NCBI GenBank assembly: GCA_002269645.1
Contig: NIVC01002603.1
Span: 1-64,000, forward strand
DNA from: Macrostomum lignano
Lineage: Eukaryota
Direction of reading: 5' to 3'
Length of the DNA stretch: 64,000 bases
Under the pieces are notes generated by a model. The model did no database searches and was not told where the DNA came from. It saw nothing but the letters and a program-made list of their open reading frames with translations. The position numbers and the translations under genes were made by a program. Every line of letters begins with the position of its first letter. Position 1 is the first letter of the stretch. Shown here in pieces: positions 12,906 through 23,928 of the stretch.

Positions 12906-14580
12906 ATGGCGACAAATCTTTGCTGTCTGCAGTCCTCCTAGGCTATGCTGTGCTTGATCTGGACCAACACCTGGTGCCCCAGTGTTGACTCGGCAATGGG
13001 TAAGCTGAGCTCACATCCTGATCGTGACTATTCTAAATATGTGCCAATACAGTTTTTTTTCACGGGTTTTGTTACTACAGTCACAGGCGTCAGGCGTCGG
13101 TAAACAATAACGGTACTGCTTTCCAACTGGTGTCTTCGCTTTTAATTATACCGTGTTAATCATTCGGCCACCAACCTAACTCTAGTAAAAATGATTTGAT
13201 GACAGACCCGAAAATTTTTAGAGCCTCTAGTATTTCTTTATTGAATTAAGATGTTTTTCTGCAACTCAGTTTTATTTCCGCCTTCACAGAGTGACCAAAA
13301 TGTAAAGGAGGCCGTAGTCTAGTACATGTAGTCGGGCTCGGCGTTATGATGCGCCAGCGGCCTAGGCTCGATTCCAAAGTGCAGTCACATTAATTTGGGA
13401 CTGAATTTGAATCTCGGCTTGACTCTGCTCGTGCAATTACCGCCCTTGAGGGCCAACCCCCAAGGCACAGTGAAGTGTTTATGCCTAACGATAATATAAA
13501 GTTAGGGCCGCTGTACACTCCTGTGGGAGTGTGTGCCTGTGCGTATGACTGCATACGTATCCGCGCGCTTGGGTGCCTGCGGCGGAATGGGGCCGGCAGC
13601 AATGCCTCTCGCCGGTTGTGTGACACTGTCTCATAAGTGAGCCAGGGTGCATTTGCATGCCCCGACTTGCTCATGAACAATGACGATATAGTGACCATTC
13701 GAATCCCATATTGAAATAGATTCATGCGGAATTCGAACTTTTTCATAGAAACTCGCAACGGGCAGTGGCGTACACAGGGGGGGCAGCGCCCCCCCCCCCT
13801 AAACACCTTCACAAATACTGAACGAAAGAAGCCCGACGAAGGACAGAAGCTCAAATTTTGACACCTTTTTGACTTGGCTTCCACCAGCCTAGCAGACAGG
13901 GGGTTGGGGACCCACCTAAGTGAGAGGGTGTCCACCAATCTATCAAATTCCATCTGCAGTGATTCGTCAGTTCCTACTCGAATCGAATTCGCTGAAGTCT
14001 GTCGCCGAGTTTGCTAAGGTGGCGAGATCGGTTGCCAGCAGCAAGATTCACTGCGCCGCTTTGTGCAGCAGCCGTAGCGACTGTCTGACATTCAGCTACT
14101 CGCCGAGCAGTTCCGAGTGTCGGATGTCGAACTAGGAACCCGGAGTTCTTAACACTGATGGCCATCCGGCCTACAGCTCCGGCCTGAAAGAACAGGCAGG
14201 TGAGGTGACAGAAGTCACTCGAACAGGCCCAGCCTTTAAAACAAATCTCATTTTTTAACGTTTTAACGGTTTAATCTGACTTGAATAAACGTTTGTATTA
14301 GGAAAAAGCTTTTTGAGATTCTTTGAAAAACGCTGTCTAACTACAAAATTAAGAACAACATCATTCACAAGTTCCGTTCGATTGAAATGCTGCAAATAAT
14401 TTTAATTTATTGATTACTTTACGCAAACAGCCTTCGGGTCTCCGTGCAAGCGTACCATCGTGACAATGACTGACGGTCGCCACTTCTGCCCCATGCAGCA
14501 GCGGGTGAGCGACGCCGACTTTCAGCAGCCATGGATTGTCTACGAGTCTGGCTTCGGCGACGATGTCAACTACTGGATTG
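12906..14580 (+). pseudogene. PAN/Apple + fibrinogen-domain gene copy A, truncated and stop-interrupted
   Basis: Candidate leader exon 12906/12945-12999 (TAG at 12939). PAN exon 13960-14199 (SKIHCAALCSSRSDCLTFSYSPSSSECRM) has an in-frame TAG at 14133. FReD exon 14431-14580 (QQRVSDADFQQPWIVYESGFGDDVNYWIG). All junctions are phase 1. No terminal FReD exon found. Confidence 0.75.
13310..13652 (+). mobile_element. tRNA-derived SINE family 1, copy
   Basis: GGCCGTAG head, B-box GGCTCGATTCC, body matches 23159-23526. Confidence 0.8.
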
Positions 14581-16149
14581 GTGAGCTCGGCTCTCTGACT
14601 CTTCAAAATGGTGTATTGCAGCATGTGATCGAACGGTCTAGGGCAGGGGTCGGCAGAAGCCTCTCTATCCGGCCCTGATCGGGTCCTTTGAAACTTACAA
14701 TGGCAATCCGGCCCGCTCAAGGTTTGTGTCTCTTCTCAGCTCTTTTCTCAGTTCTCTCCGTTTTCCTCCCCTCCCCTATTTTCTCTCCTCTCTCCTTTCT
14801 GTCTTTTCTAAAATTTTATTTAGCGTATAATAACAATAGGAATACCAAGCCATTTTTCCGCCCGTCGAACTACCAGTACCAAGAGGGGGGGGGGAATTTC
14901 CATTGAAAATTGCAAAAGCAAAAAAAGTTTTTTTGCTGCGCCGGAACGGAGCAACGCAGGCACACGAAATTCAAGAACACGGCCTAACTTTTTGTTGCGC
15001 ACCTTCTCAAACAAGAATCAAGTCGCCAGCCCTTCGGACCGTCGAGATATTCGACGATTCTGCCAGAAGGTCGGATTTTTCCGATAAGTGCTAGTGTATT
15101 CAGTACACCCCTGTGCGCCAATCAGCACTGCGCCTCAGTGCAGCCTTGCCAAGTCTCCAAATTTCATCAGCACGTCAACCACATGTGTCTGCATCAGTTC
15201 TGACTTCTTTAGTCACTAGCCTTCACCCAGGTGGAGCTTCTGAACCCTCAACAGGTGGCACCAGGTGACTATGGACACCCTGATGCGGGTTTCTCTAGTT
15301 TCGCCGATCAAGCCTCGACAGTGGGCAAGAATCAACTGCGAGACATTCTCAGCTAGTCTCTCAAGCATTCCGTCATCATCCCGATGCCGTCGGCTCCTTC
15401 AATAGATTACATTGGGAAAAGCAGACATTGGTACCCTTTTCAACTACTCGTAGATTTAACTTTTGGTTCAGATCTACGGAGAATAACAGGCAATAAAACA
15501 ACTACTTAATGTCGTTTGCGACAAAAGCGTTTACCTTATTTTTTTCACAAGCGAAGCTTGATTGCATGAGATCGTGACAAAACGAGTCAATGGGCAAATC
15601 TTTGAAAGGCAAGCAAACGAACTCCAGAGAGTTCTTGCTCGAGCAAATGTTAATCACGGACTACTTAAGTAGCATAATTAGTAAACTCTATAGAGAACTC
15701 TATAGCGCCGGGGTCTCTACCACAGACAAACTTCAAGAATACGAGAAAACCAGATTTCTCAAGAGTACACTAAATGCACTGCAGCGATACGACAAATATA
15801 TATGTTGCTTACCAGCGTACAGTTCATTTCTAAGAAAATCTAGTGTATCTTCCTCCTGTCTTAGAAACTTCCGTTGTCCACGCTTGTCGAGACTTAAGAC
15901 TGCTTCAAACTCGAACAATCAAGCAATTACAATCTCAAGGTTTGTCATATGAGCTATTTGTTCAAGGAAGAAAGTACAGCAAGTATCCAAAATCGAAATT
16001 AAAATCATTTGTTTTTGCTACACTGCAGCGGCATTCTGTATCAGTAGTAGACATTGGACATCACATGTGTCATGAGCCGCTTTATTTGTCTCCCAGTGTA
16101 TTTAACAATAGTTGATCAGTCAATTAGTATCATAGTTCAATTTTCCGAA

Positions 16150-17756
16150 TCAGGCGATCAGAAGCAGCAGACGCGTCGCCTTCAGCGACTTCCAAACGCT
16201 GGAGCGTTTCCAGCTCATCCACCTGTGCTCCCCGTGACCAACCACCGGTACAGCAGAGTACACTCCGTTCGGATTGAACAGGGTGCAGCCTCTGAACCAC
16301 CAGCCGCTTCTTCCGTGATATTTATTCGAACAGGAGGCTGTAAGCATATCGTTATCCCGATCCGTAGTTGAGAACATACCTCCGTTGCTAAGGCTTAGTT
16401 TACTTTCCGGAGCGTTCGACTTCGCCGAATCAACGGGCCCGACAGTCAAGGTGTAGTTCGTGCTGCCGTTTTGGACGAGAAAGTTCGAGTACTCCTGATA
16501 CTGCAGCTCGTCGTCCTCCCAGGTCACAACTTGGACGAGAAGATTGACTCCGTTGGCGACAGCCGAGCTGAGCTGGTGAATCGCTTCTAGGCCTACCGAT
16601 TGGCAAAAGTCACAATTCCGTCACAATATCAATACTCTAAGAGTTGAAGCTTAAAATGGACGACTCACCAATCCAGTAGTTGACATCGTCGCCAAAACCG
16701 GTCTCGTACGCACTCCACGACTGCTCGAAGCTGGTGTCGCTCACCCGCTGCTGGATGGGGCAGAATTGTCGACCGTCGGTCATGGTCACTATATTACGCT
16801 TGCACTGAGATCCGGTGTCTGTGGAGGCGTTATGCATGTCCATTGAAAGGTTGGATTTTCTCTTTTTTGATATTTTTATCACTCTCCAGGACGTTTGCGC
16901 TTGTGAGGCTTACTGTTGGCCCAGGCTCGATTCCCAGTGCAGTCACATTAATTTGGGACTGAATTGGAGTCTCGGCTTGGCTCTGCTTGTGAAATTAACG
17001 CCCTTGAGGGCCACCAACCCCCCCCCCCCCCAGACACAGTGAAGTGTGCCTGCTCAGGGGAGTCGGCGAAATGGGCCGGCAGCAATGCCTCTTGCCGGTT
17101 GTGCGACAATGTCGCTTAAAGTGCGCCAGGGTGCACACAGCACAGTCAGCTGCCTCTAAAAATGCACAGAGTGTATTTACCACCTGAAGCTGGAGAGTCA
17201 GGACAGATATGCTCATTTTGTGTGCGCTTGTGCGCTTGTGACTCATCGTATAATTAACACTAATGCTGTTATCTCTGAATGCAGGTGGATTAATGTTGGA
17301 CAAATACCTAGTCCTAAAACTGATTAATCGTTCTCTTCCTGGTTAATTGGCTGCTCACTTGCTTCGCTTGCGCGCCTCCTATGACCGAGGCTGTACTCAG
17401 GTAGACCGAAGCTGGCGAGGCCTCCGTTCTGGTTTGACATCCGGCACTCGGAGCTGTCCGGTGAGAAGCTGAATGTCCGACAGTAGCTGCGGCTGCTGCA
17501 CAGAGCAGCGCAGTGAATCTTGCTGCTGGCAACCGATCTGGTCACCTGGGCGAACTCGGCGAAAAGATTTGGTGAACTCGATTCGAATTTGAACTCTAAA
17601 GCCTCTAAAATTTGAGTTCAGTGAGTGTGCGATGAGAATGGCGTTTCGGGTTGGTCGCAAAAAAAATTTAAAAGGTAATTGCTCACGTCCATCAGCATTG
17701 ACCGCCAACATTAACGTCAGGATTACAAATGGTAAAATTTGCTTTAATTCAGTCAT
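16150..17756 (-). CDS. Secreted PAN/Apple + fibrinogen C-terminal (FReD) protein, copy B, ~302 aa, 4 exons
   Basis: Exons 17756-17687 (signal peptide MTELKQILPFVILTLMLAVNADG), 17604-17359 (PAN), 16818-16669 and 16592-16150. All introns are phase-1 GT-AG; total 909 nt. Motifs FSTTDRDND, GWWFRGC, NPNG. Confidence 0.9.
16918..17165 (+). mobile_element. SINE family 1, internally deleted copy in an intron of gene B
   Basis: GGCTCGATTCCCAGTGCAGTCACATTAATTTGGG; lacks the CCTAACGATAATATAAAGTTAGG segment. Confidence 0.8.
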
Positions 17757-18064
17757 GGCTTGCCGGGAGCTACACTTAGCCAGCAGCGGACGGCTTCCGA
17801 ATCCGAAAGCCTATTTATACACGGTATGAATTACAAAATGATGACAATAGTGGATGCCATCCGTTGCTGCAGCGCCTGAATTCTCTCATCATTCGTCTTT
17901 CATAGTCTCCCCCGTCGCTCTGATGAAGCTCTGCATTCAAAGCCTCCGATTATTTGTCTACGGCTTTTCAAGCATCAAAGAAACGCCGCTTATAGGCCAG
18001 TTGCTGCTTGTTAGCATTGAACTTCGGTGCCTTTCATCGACGGTTCGGGGGTTCCGGGCGTCCG

Positions 18065-18360
18065 GATACAGCGGGGAGGTGTTGGCGCCCATTCCGCCAA
18101 CCCCTGGAGACCACGGGCAGCTGGTGCTGCGGTGTCGCGCGGGGAGATCCGGTGGAGCCGGCGTCCGCAGCGCGGTCCCCCTCCGGAGAGTCCAGCAGGT
18201 GGATGGTCGCTCGCCCGGTAGCCGTTAAGTAGTGGACGAGCTGGCAGAGATTCTCGGGCCTGAAAACGTCAGAGGTCCACGTTAATGTATCGCCAACGGA
18301 GCCAACGGCGTAGTGCTTCGAAAAGTGAATCGAATACTTTCTGATGATGAACACTGCATG
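18065..18360 (+). pseudogene. Decayed coding-like segment X, homologous to 26700-27000 (minus strand)
   Basis: TPGDHGQLVLR...GGAGVRSAVPLRR(V/I)Q(Q/K)VDGRSPGS...V(V/A)DEL(A/T)(E/K)IL is shared; this copy has an in-frame TAA at 18226-18228. Confidence 0.45.
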
Positions 18361-19079
18361 TTGAATTTTCTGTTGTAGAGTTCAGCCGACAGAAGACAGG
18401 TAAGTTGTTTTAGAAGCTATTCATTAGCACGAGCCTGTGACTTTCCTCTGGGTGCCGCTTCAATAAGGGAAATCTCTATCGTTGTTCGTAGATAAAAAGT
18501 GCCGACTTGAGACAATGCAGTCCTAGACTCAATCAGCGAAGTCTATCATCATCATTGTTAGCAGATAAAAAGTGCCGACTAAGTCCTTTGTCCCAAGATT
18601 GAAGCGATGCAATCAGAGCGGCGCTTTCGCTGTCAGATCCCTCGATAGAACCGGCGATGGGTGTAGAAGTTGACGAGCCCAGGAGTTACATGTGCACTGA
18701 ACTACCCTGGACCCCTGTTCCAAATCACATTACCAGGTAAAACACTAATTTGGTACCCTGAATCGCTCGTGGTGGCTGCATTACTTCATAGAAGTAGCTT
18801 GCAGATTGCGCTGCTTGCCCGCAAGTTTTTGTCTGTCAATGAGTTTTGGTTCAATAAGAATATGCAAACAAAAGCCCTGACTACTTGTAGTAGCCAGTGT
18901 TGCATTCCGCTTTAATGCCTACTCAAAGCATAAAGTATGCTTAACGTCTTGTTTTACGTAGGCGTGAATCAGGCGTTTGAGTCAAAGGGACGATTGGCTC
19001 GATTCACTCTCCTGGTATCTGTCTCGATTCTTCGTTTCTTTATTTATTCGCTTTATATATTCGTTTATAGATATCTCAT

Positions 19080-20280
19080 GCGATCTCTATCCTCTCCCTC
19101 TCTCTGTCCACTCCCTCCCTCTACCCTCTCCCTCTCTCTATCCTCTCCCTCTCTCTGTCCACTCCCTCCCTCTACCCTCTCTCCCTCTCTATCCTCTCCC
19201 TCTCTCTGTCCACTCCCTCCCTCTACCCTCTCCCTCTCTCTATCCTCTCTCCCTCTCTATCCTCTCCCTCTCTCTGTCCACTCCCTCCCTCTACCCTCTC
19301 CCTCTCTCTATCGTCTCCCTCTCTCTATCCTCTCTCCCTCTCTATCCTCTCCCTCTCTCTGTCCACTCCCTCCCTCTACCCTCTCCCTCTCTCTATCGTC
19401 TCCCTCCCTCTACCCTCTCCCTCCCTCTACCCTCTCCCTCTCTCTATCGTCTCCCTCTCTATCCTCTCTCCCTCTCTATCCTCTCCCTCTCTATCCTCTC
19501 CCTCTCTCTGTCCACTCCCTATCTATCCTCTCTCCCTCTCTATCCTCTCCCTCTCTATCCTCTCCCTCTCTCTATCCTCTCTCCCTCTCTATCCTCTCCC
19601 TCTCTCTGTCCACTCCCTCCCTCTACCCTCTCCCTCTCTCTATCGTCTCCCTCCCTCTACCCTCTCCCTCTCTCTATCGTCTCCCTCTCTCTATCCTCTC
19701 TCCCTCTCTATCCTCTCCCTCTCTCTGTCCACTCCCTCCCTCTACCCTCTCCCTCTCTCTATCGTCTCCCTCTCTATCCTCTCTCCCTCTCTATCCTCTC
19801 CCTCTCTATCCTCTCCCTCTCTCTGTCCACTCCCTATCTATCCTCTCTCCCTCTCTATCCTCTCCCTCTCTATCCTCTCCCTCTCTCTATCCTCTCTCCC
19901 TCTCTATCCTCTCACTCTCTCTGTCCACTCCCTCCCTCTACCCTCTCCCTCTCTCTATCGTCTCCCTCCCTCTACCCTCTCCCTCTCTCTATCGTCTCCC
20001 TCTCTATCCTCTCTCCCTCTCTATCCTCTCCCTCTCTCTGTCCACTCCCTCCCTCTACCCTCTCCCTCTCTCTATCGTCTCCCTCTCTATCCTCTCTCCC
20101 TCTCTATCCTCTCCCTCTCTATCCTCTCCCTCTCTCTGTCCACTCCCTATCTATCCTCTCTCCCTCTCTATCCTCTCCCTCTCTATCCTCTCCCTCTCTA
20201 TCCTCTCCCTCTCTCTATCCTCTCTCCCCCTCTCTATCCTCTCCCTCTCTCTATCGTCCCCCTCTCTATCTCTGCCTCCC
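19080..20280. repeat. CT-rich compound minisatellite
   Basis: Blocks of CTCTCTATCCTCTCCC / GTCCACTCCCTCCCTCTACC. Confidence 0.95.
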
Positions 20281-20734
20281 TCGACCTTCTCCTATATTAA
20301 GCAGTATATTCTCACAGGTTTCTATCACAGGTGCATACAAAGAAGGGTAGCTCCAGGCTATTAAGACAGGCGGACGAATGAAAGACACTTATATACTTGA
20401 GGAAGCATGGACCTGGAAATTGTTTAAACTAAATTTGGGATTAAATATTTTTTTTCGAAAATTCAATTGTCTCCATTTACACTCATCTTTAAATAAGTAA
20501 CATGATTCCAGATTTTGCAATATTTGAGCCTTAAATTCTTAAGGATAAGCCATCTTCCCAAGCTCCACAAAAAGCCGTTTGCTTTGGAGGGATTTTTTTC
20601 CTTTTTAAGCCATTTCAGAAATCCATTTTTGGTAATGTGCCAAATTTCTAATCGGGTGAAATTCTCACATTCGCCAGATAGAGAATCTCTGGGTGAGATG
20701 AGCTGGTGAGGTAGTCAGTGAGACAACAGCTGTC

Positions 20735-21270
20735 CTGTCTCAGAGCCTGAGCTCTGATGTCTCAGTGCCTGAGCTCTCTTGTCTCAGTGCCTGAGCTCTG
20801 CTGTCTCAGTGCATGAGCTCTCCTGTCTCAGTGCCTGAGCTCTCCTGTCTCAGTGCATGAGCTCTCCTGTCTCAGTGCCTGAGCTCTCCTGTCTCAGTGC
20901 CTGAGCTCTCCTGTCTCAGTGCATGAGCTCTCCTGTCTCAGTGCCTGAGCTCTCCTGTCTCAGTGCCTGAGCTCTCCTGTCTCAGTGCCTGAGCTCTCCT
21001 GTCTCAGTGCATGAGCTCTCCTGTCTCAGTGCCTGAGCTCTCCTGTCTCAGTGCCTGAGCTCTCCTGTCTCAGTGCCTGAGCTCTCCTGTCTCAGTGCCT
21101 GAGCTCTGCTATCTCAGTGCCTGAGCTCTCCTGTCTCAGTGCCTGAGCTCTCCTGTCTCAGTGCCTGAGCTCTCCTGTCTCAGTGCCTGAGCTCTGCTAT
21201 CTCAGTGCCTGAGCTCTCCTGTCTCAGTGCCTGAGCTCTCCTGTCTCAGTGCTTGAACTCTGCTGTCTGA
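20735..21270. repeat. 22-bp minisatellite (GTCTCAGTGCCTGAGCTCTCCT)n
   Basis: ~24 near-perfect copies, read directly. Confidence 0.95.
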
Positions 21271-21540
21271 GTGCTTTTATATTTTCTCTCTCTAGAATTG
21301 CTACTCCTCATTTACTCTGTGTCGTTGATAACCGACAAGCCCGAAAGTTTTTATGCTTTTTTGAATTGTGTGTGGATTAATTAACGACTGAGGCTGTTTA
21401 TGGCTAATAAACTGAAAAAATTTCCAACCTCGCTAATTTACGAGCGAGTCAGTGAAAACTTTATTTAGATTTATCGAGACTCAAGTACTTCCACTACAGT
21501 TGAATCTTAATTGTGAGCAGGGCAACCCCTGCAGTTCCGC

Positions 21541-21879
21541 TTAGTTCGCATGCAGCTCCATGGGCTTGCCGTAGCAGGAGATCGGATGGAACAGACAGGC
21601 CGCGTCCCCGCCAGGCAGCTTGGCCGCGCTGACTTCGGCGTCCAGCTGGCGGGACAGTTCAAGCCGGCTTGGCTGCGTGTACAAACGGTTGTGCTGCCTC
21701 TTTAGCGGCTCCTGCAGTTGTGGCTTCGGCGGCGGCACTTTTAGCTTGTCACCGGAAGTGACTCTGCGGAGAGCTTCCGCAGCCAGGTGCATCTTGCGTT
21801 CAGCATCGCCGAGTCGCAGTGCAACTGACTTCATCCGGGTCAGAAGTTTTGCGGCACCGTCAACCTGAGGATTGCTCGG
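21541..21879 (-). CDS. Orphan exon-like ORF of unknown function
   Basis: Acceptor CTTTAG followed by 112 GC-rich sense codons and a stop (PSNPQVDGAAKLLTRMKSVALRLGDAERKMHL...); no family recognised. Confidence 0.3.
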   Translation of the reverse strand, partial: PSNPQVDGAAKLLTRMKSVALRLGDAERKMHLAAEALRRVTSGDKLKVPPPKPQLQEPLKRQHNRLYTQPSRLELSRQLDAEVSAAKLPGGDAACLFHPISCYGKPMELHAN

Positions 21880-22589
21880 CTAAAGCGGATGATTTGGACG
21901 AGTGACAAGCAGCAGAACCCCACTGCAGTTAAGGAAGCATGGCTTTTTAAAAGTTCTTTAACCGTGTCATTTGTAAGTAAAGGCCCGCTGTGAAATAAAT
22001 CAGATGCTCTACTGGCTTGGGAAGTCTTCAATTATGAGTATTTCGTAACTACATGGGGGAACTAAAGACAAGCTCACTGCGGACTATTCAACATCCATAT
22101 TCTACGAAAACGATTTAGATTTAGATGTAGATCCCTATGTCTGACACTGTTGACTGGGGTGTGGAAGGTCTAAGGTTCTAAAAAATAGTCGTCAGGTTGA
22201 AATCGATGAAACTTACGTTGCTAGGACTAGCATCAGATTCCGTGATGGGTTGAATGGCCGAACCAAGGTGAGCCAGGTTGAGTAGAATAGCCAGAGCTGC
22301 AAGATGCTGGCTGAGTTTCATGGCTTGGTCAGTTGTGCTCTTAAACTGCTCTTCCCATGAGAAGCAAATGCGTCAATTTACCTCCTTAAATACTCTGGTC
22401 TCAGAGGAACAACAGGATTTTCAATTTCTTACACCCTACTGCCAGTAGTAGACTGTAGTGAAACACTGATTGTATTTAACTATCAGTTTTTTAAGGATAT
22501 TTCTAACACGAACTGCCACAACATGTCTTAGATACTGTAAGGTACGTGGATGCGTAAAGGTACACATGTACCTGGATACCTACCAGTAA

Positions 22590-22740
22590 AGGTACCTAGA
22601 TACCTAAAGATACCTAAAGATACCTGGATACCTAAAGATACCTAAAGATACCTGGATACCTAAAGATACCTAAAGATACCTGGATACCTAAAGATATCTG
22701 GATACATAGAGATACCTGGATGTGGGTACCTAAAGATACC
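22590..22740. repeat. Short GATACCTAAA/GATACCTG tandem repeat
   Basis: Read directly. Confidence 0.85.
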
Positions 22741-23158
22741 CGAATTACAGGAAGATACCCAAGTGCTTTAAAATGTACCTGGACGTCCATTTAAGGCGTT
22801 ACAGATCGCTAACTCGGCATACAAAACAAATTTGTCCTCATTTTCCCCAACCCTATTTTGATTGCTTTCGACTTTGAATGAATAAAGTTGGTCTCCATGC
22901 ACTAAAAAGATTTGCATAAAAAACTTTATTTTTGCAAGTAGTTTAACAATGACTGCAAACAATGCTTGTCTTTCAAACTTCAGGACAGAGCTAAAAACAT
23001 TTTGCGACCGGAATGAAATCTCTGGGTAGACAGAAAAAGCTGTTTTTATGGGAAATTTCAACCTAAAAAGTCTGTGTCATAAACATCGGCGCTGAGACTT
23101 AATTTTTTAAACAGATCCTCAAAACAATTTTGTTGCATCAATTTTAAACATACCGACT

Positions 23159-23526
23159 AAGGGGGGCCGTAGCCCAGCGGTAGCGCAGCTGCTCTGGTGT
23201 GACAGCGACCCAGGCTCGATTCCAAGTGCAGCCACATTAATTTGGGGCTGAATTGGAATTTCGGCTTGGCTCGCCTGTGCAATTAACGGCCTTGAGAGCC
23301 AACCCCCCAAGGCGCAGTGAAGTGTACATGCCTAACGATAATATAAAGTTAGGGCCGCTGTACACTCCTGTGTGAGTGTGTGCCTGCGTACGTATCCGCG
23401 CACTTGTATGCCTGCTCAGGGGAGTCGGCGGAATGGGCAGTAATGCCTCTCGCCGGTTGTGTGCCTGTGTCGCTTAAAGTGCGCCAGGGTGCACACAACC
23501 CCCCTGCCTCTAATAAAACTAATAAA
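23159..23526 (+). mobile_element. tRNA-derived SINE family 1, full-length copy with target-site duplication
   Basis: A-box TAGCCCAGCGG, B-box GGCTCGATTCC, A-rich tail; 13-bp TSD AAACATACCGACT at 23146-23158 and 23527-23539. Confidence 0.9.
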
Positions 23527-23552
23527 AAACATACCGACTTCTCTGCATCCTT

Positions 23553-23600
23553 ACTAACTAACTGACTAACTAACTAACTAACTAACTGACTAACTAACTA

Positions 23601-23667
<67 letters not shown>

Positions 23668-23688
23668 ATAACTAACTAACTAACTAAG
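23553..23688. repeat. (CTAA)n microsatellite
   Basis: Read directly. Confidence 0.95.
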
Positions 23689-23928
23689 TGAATAACTGGA
23701 CAGTGCAATAAAAATGACTGGCAAGCAAGTATTTTTCGACCGCCTGGGATGCTAGAATTTGTGAGGCTTTATTTAAGCAGGATATATATTGCCTGTATTG
23801 TACTGTTGAATTCAATTTTAGACTCAATTTTGTTGTTGTTGTATTTCATAGAGTTTTCCGTATTCAGTTGTTTGTACTTCAAAGTTAAGCCAGCTGTATC
23901 CGTGCACATCAGCCGAGCGTCCACCTGC

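Noticed and set aside
13765-15120. hAT-like element starting CAGTGGCGTAC
   Set aside because: Only a weak partial match for a right TIR and no TSD found.
15590-16115. ORFs as retroelement or GIY-YIG remnants
   Set aside because: No diagnostic motif could be identified; AT-rich and interrupted.
18008-18232. C-type-lectin-like reading RCWRPFRQPL...CC...GD
   Set aside because: Substitutions versus the 26.9-kb paralog fall mostly at codon position 2 in this frame, arguing against it being coding.
18937-20364. 475/457-aa S/L/P-rich ORFs
   Set aside because: Stop-free translations of a CT minisatellite, open in several frames.
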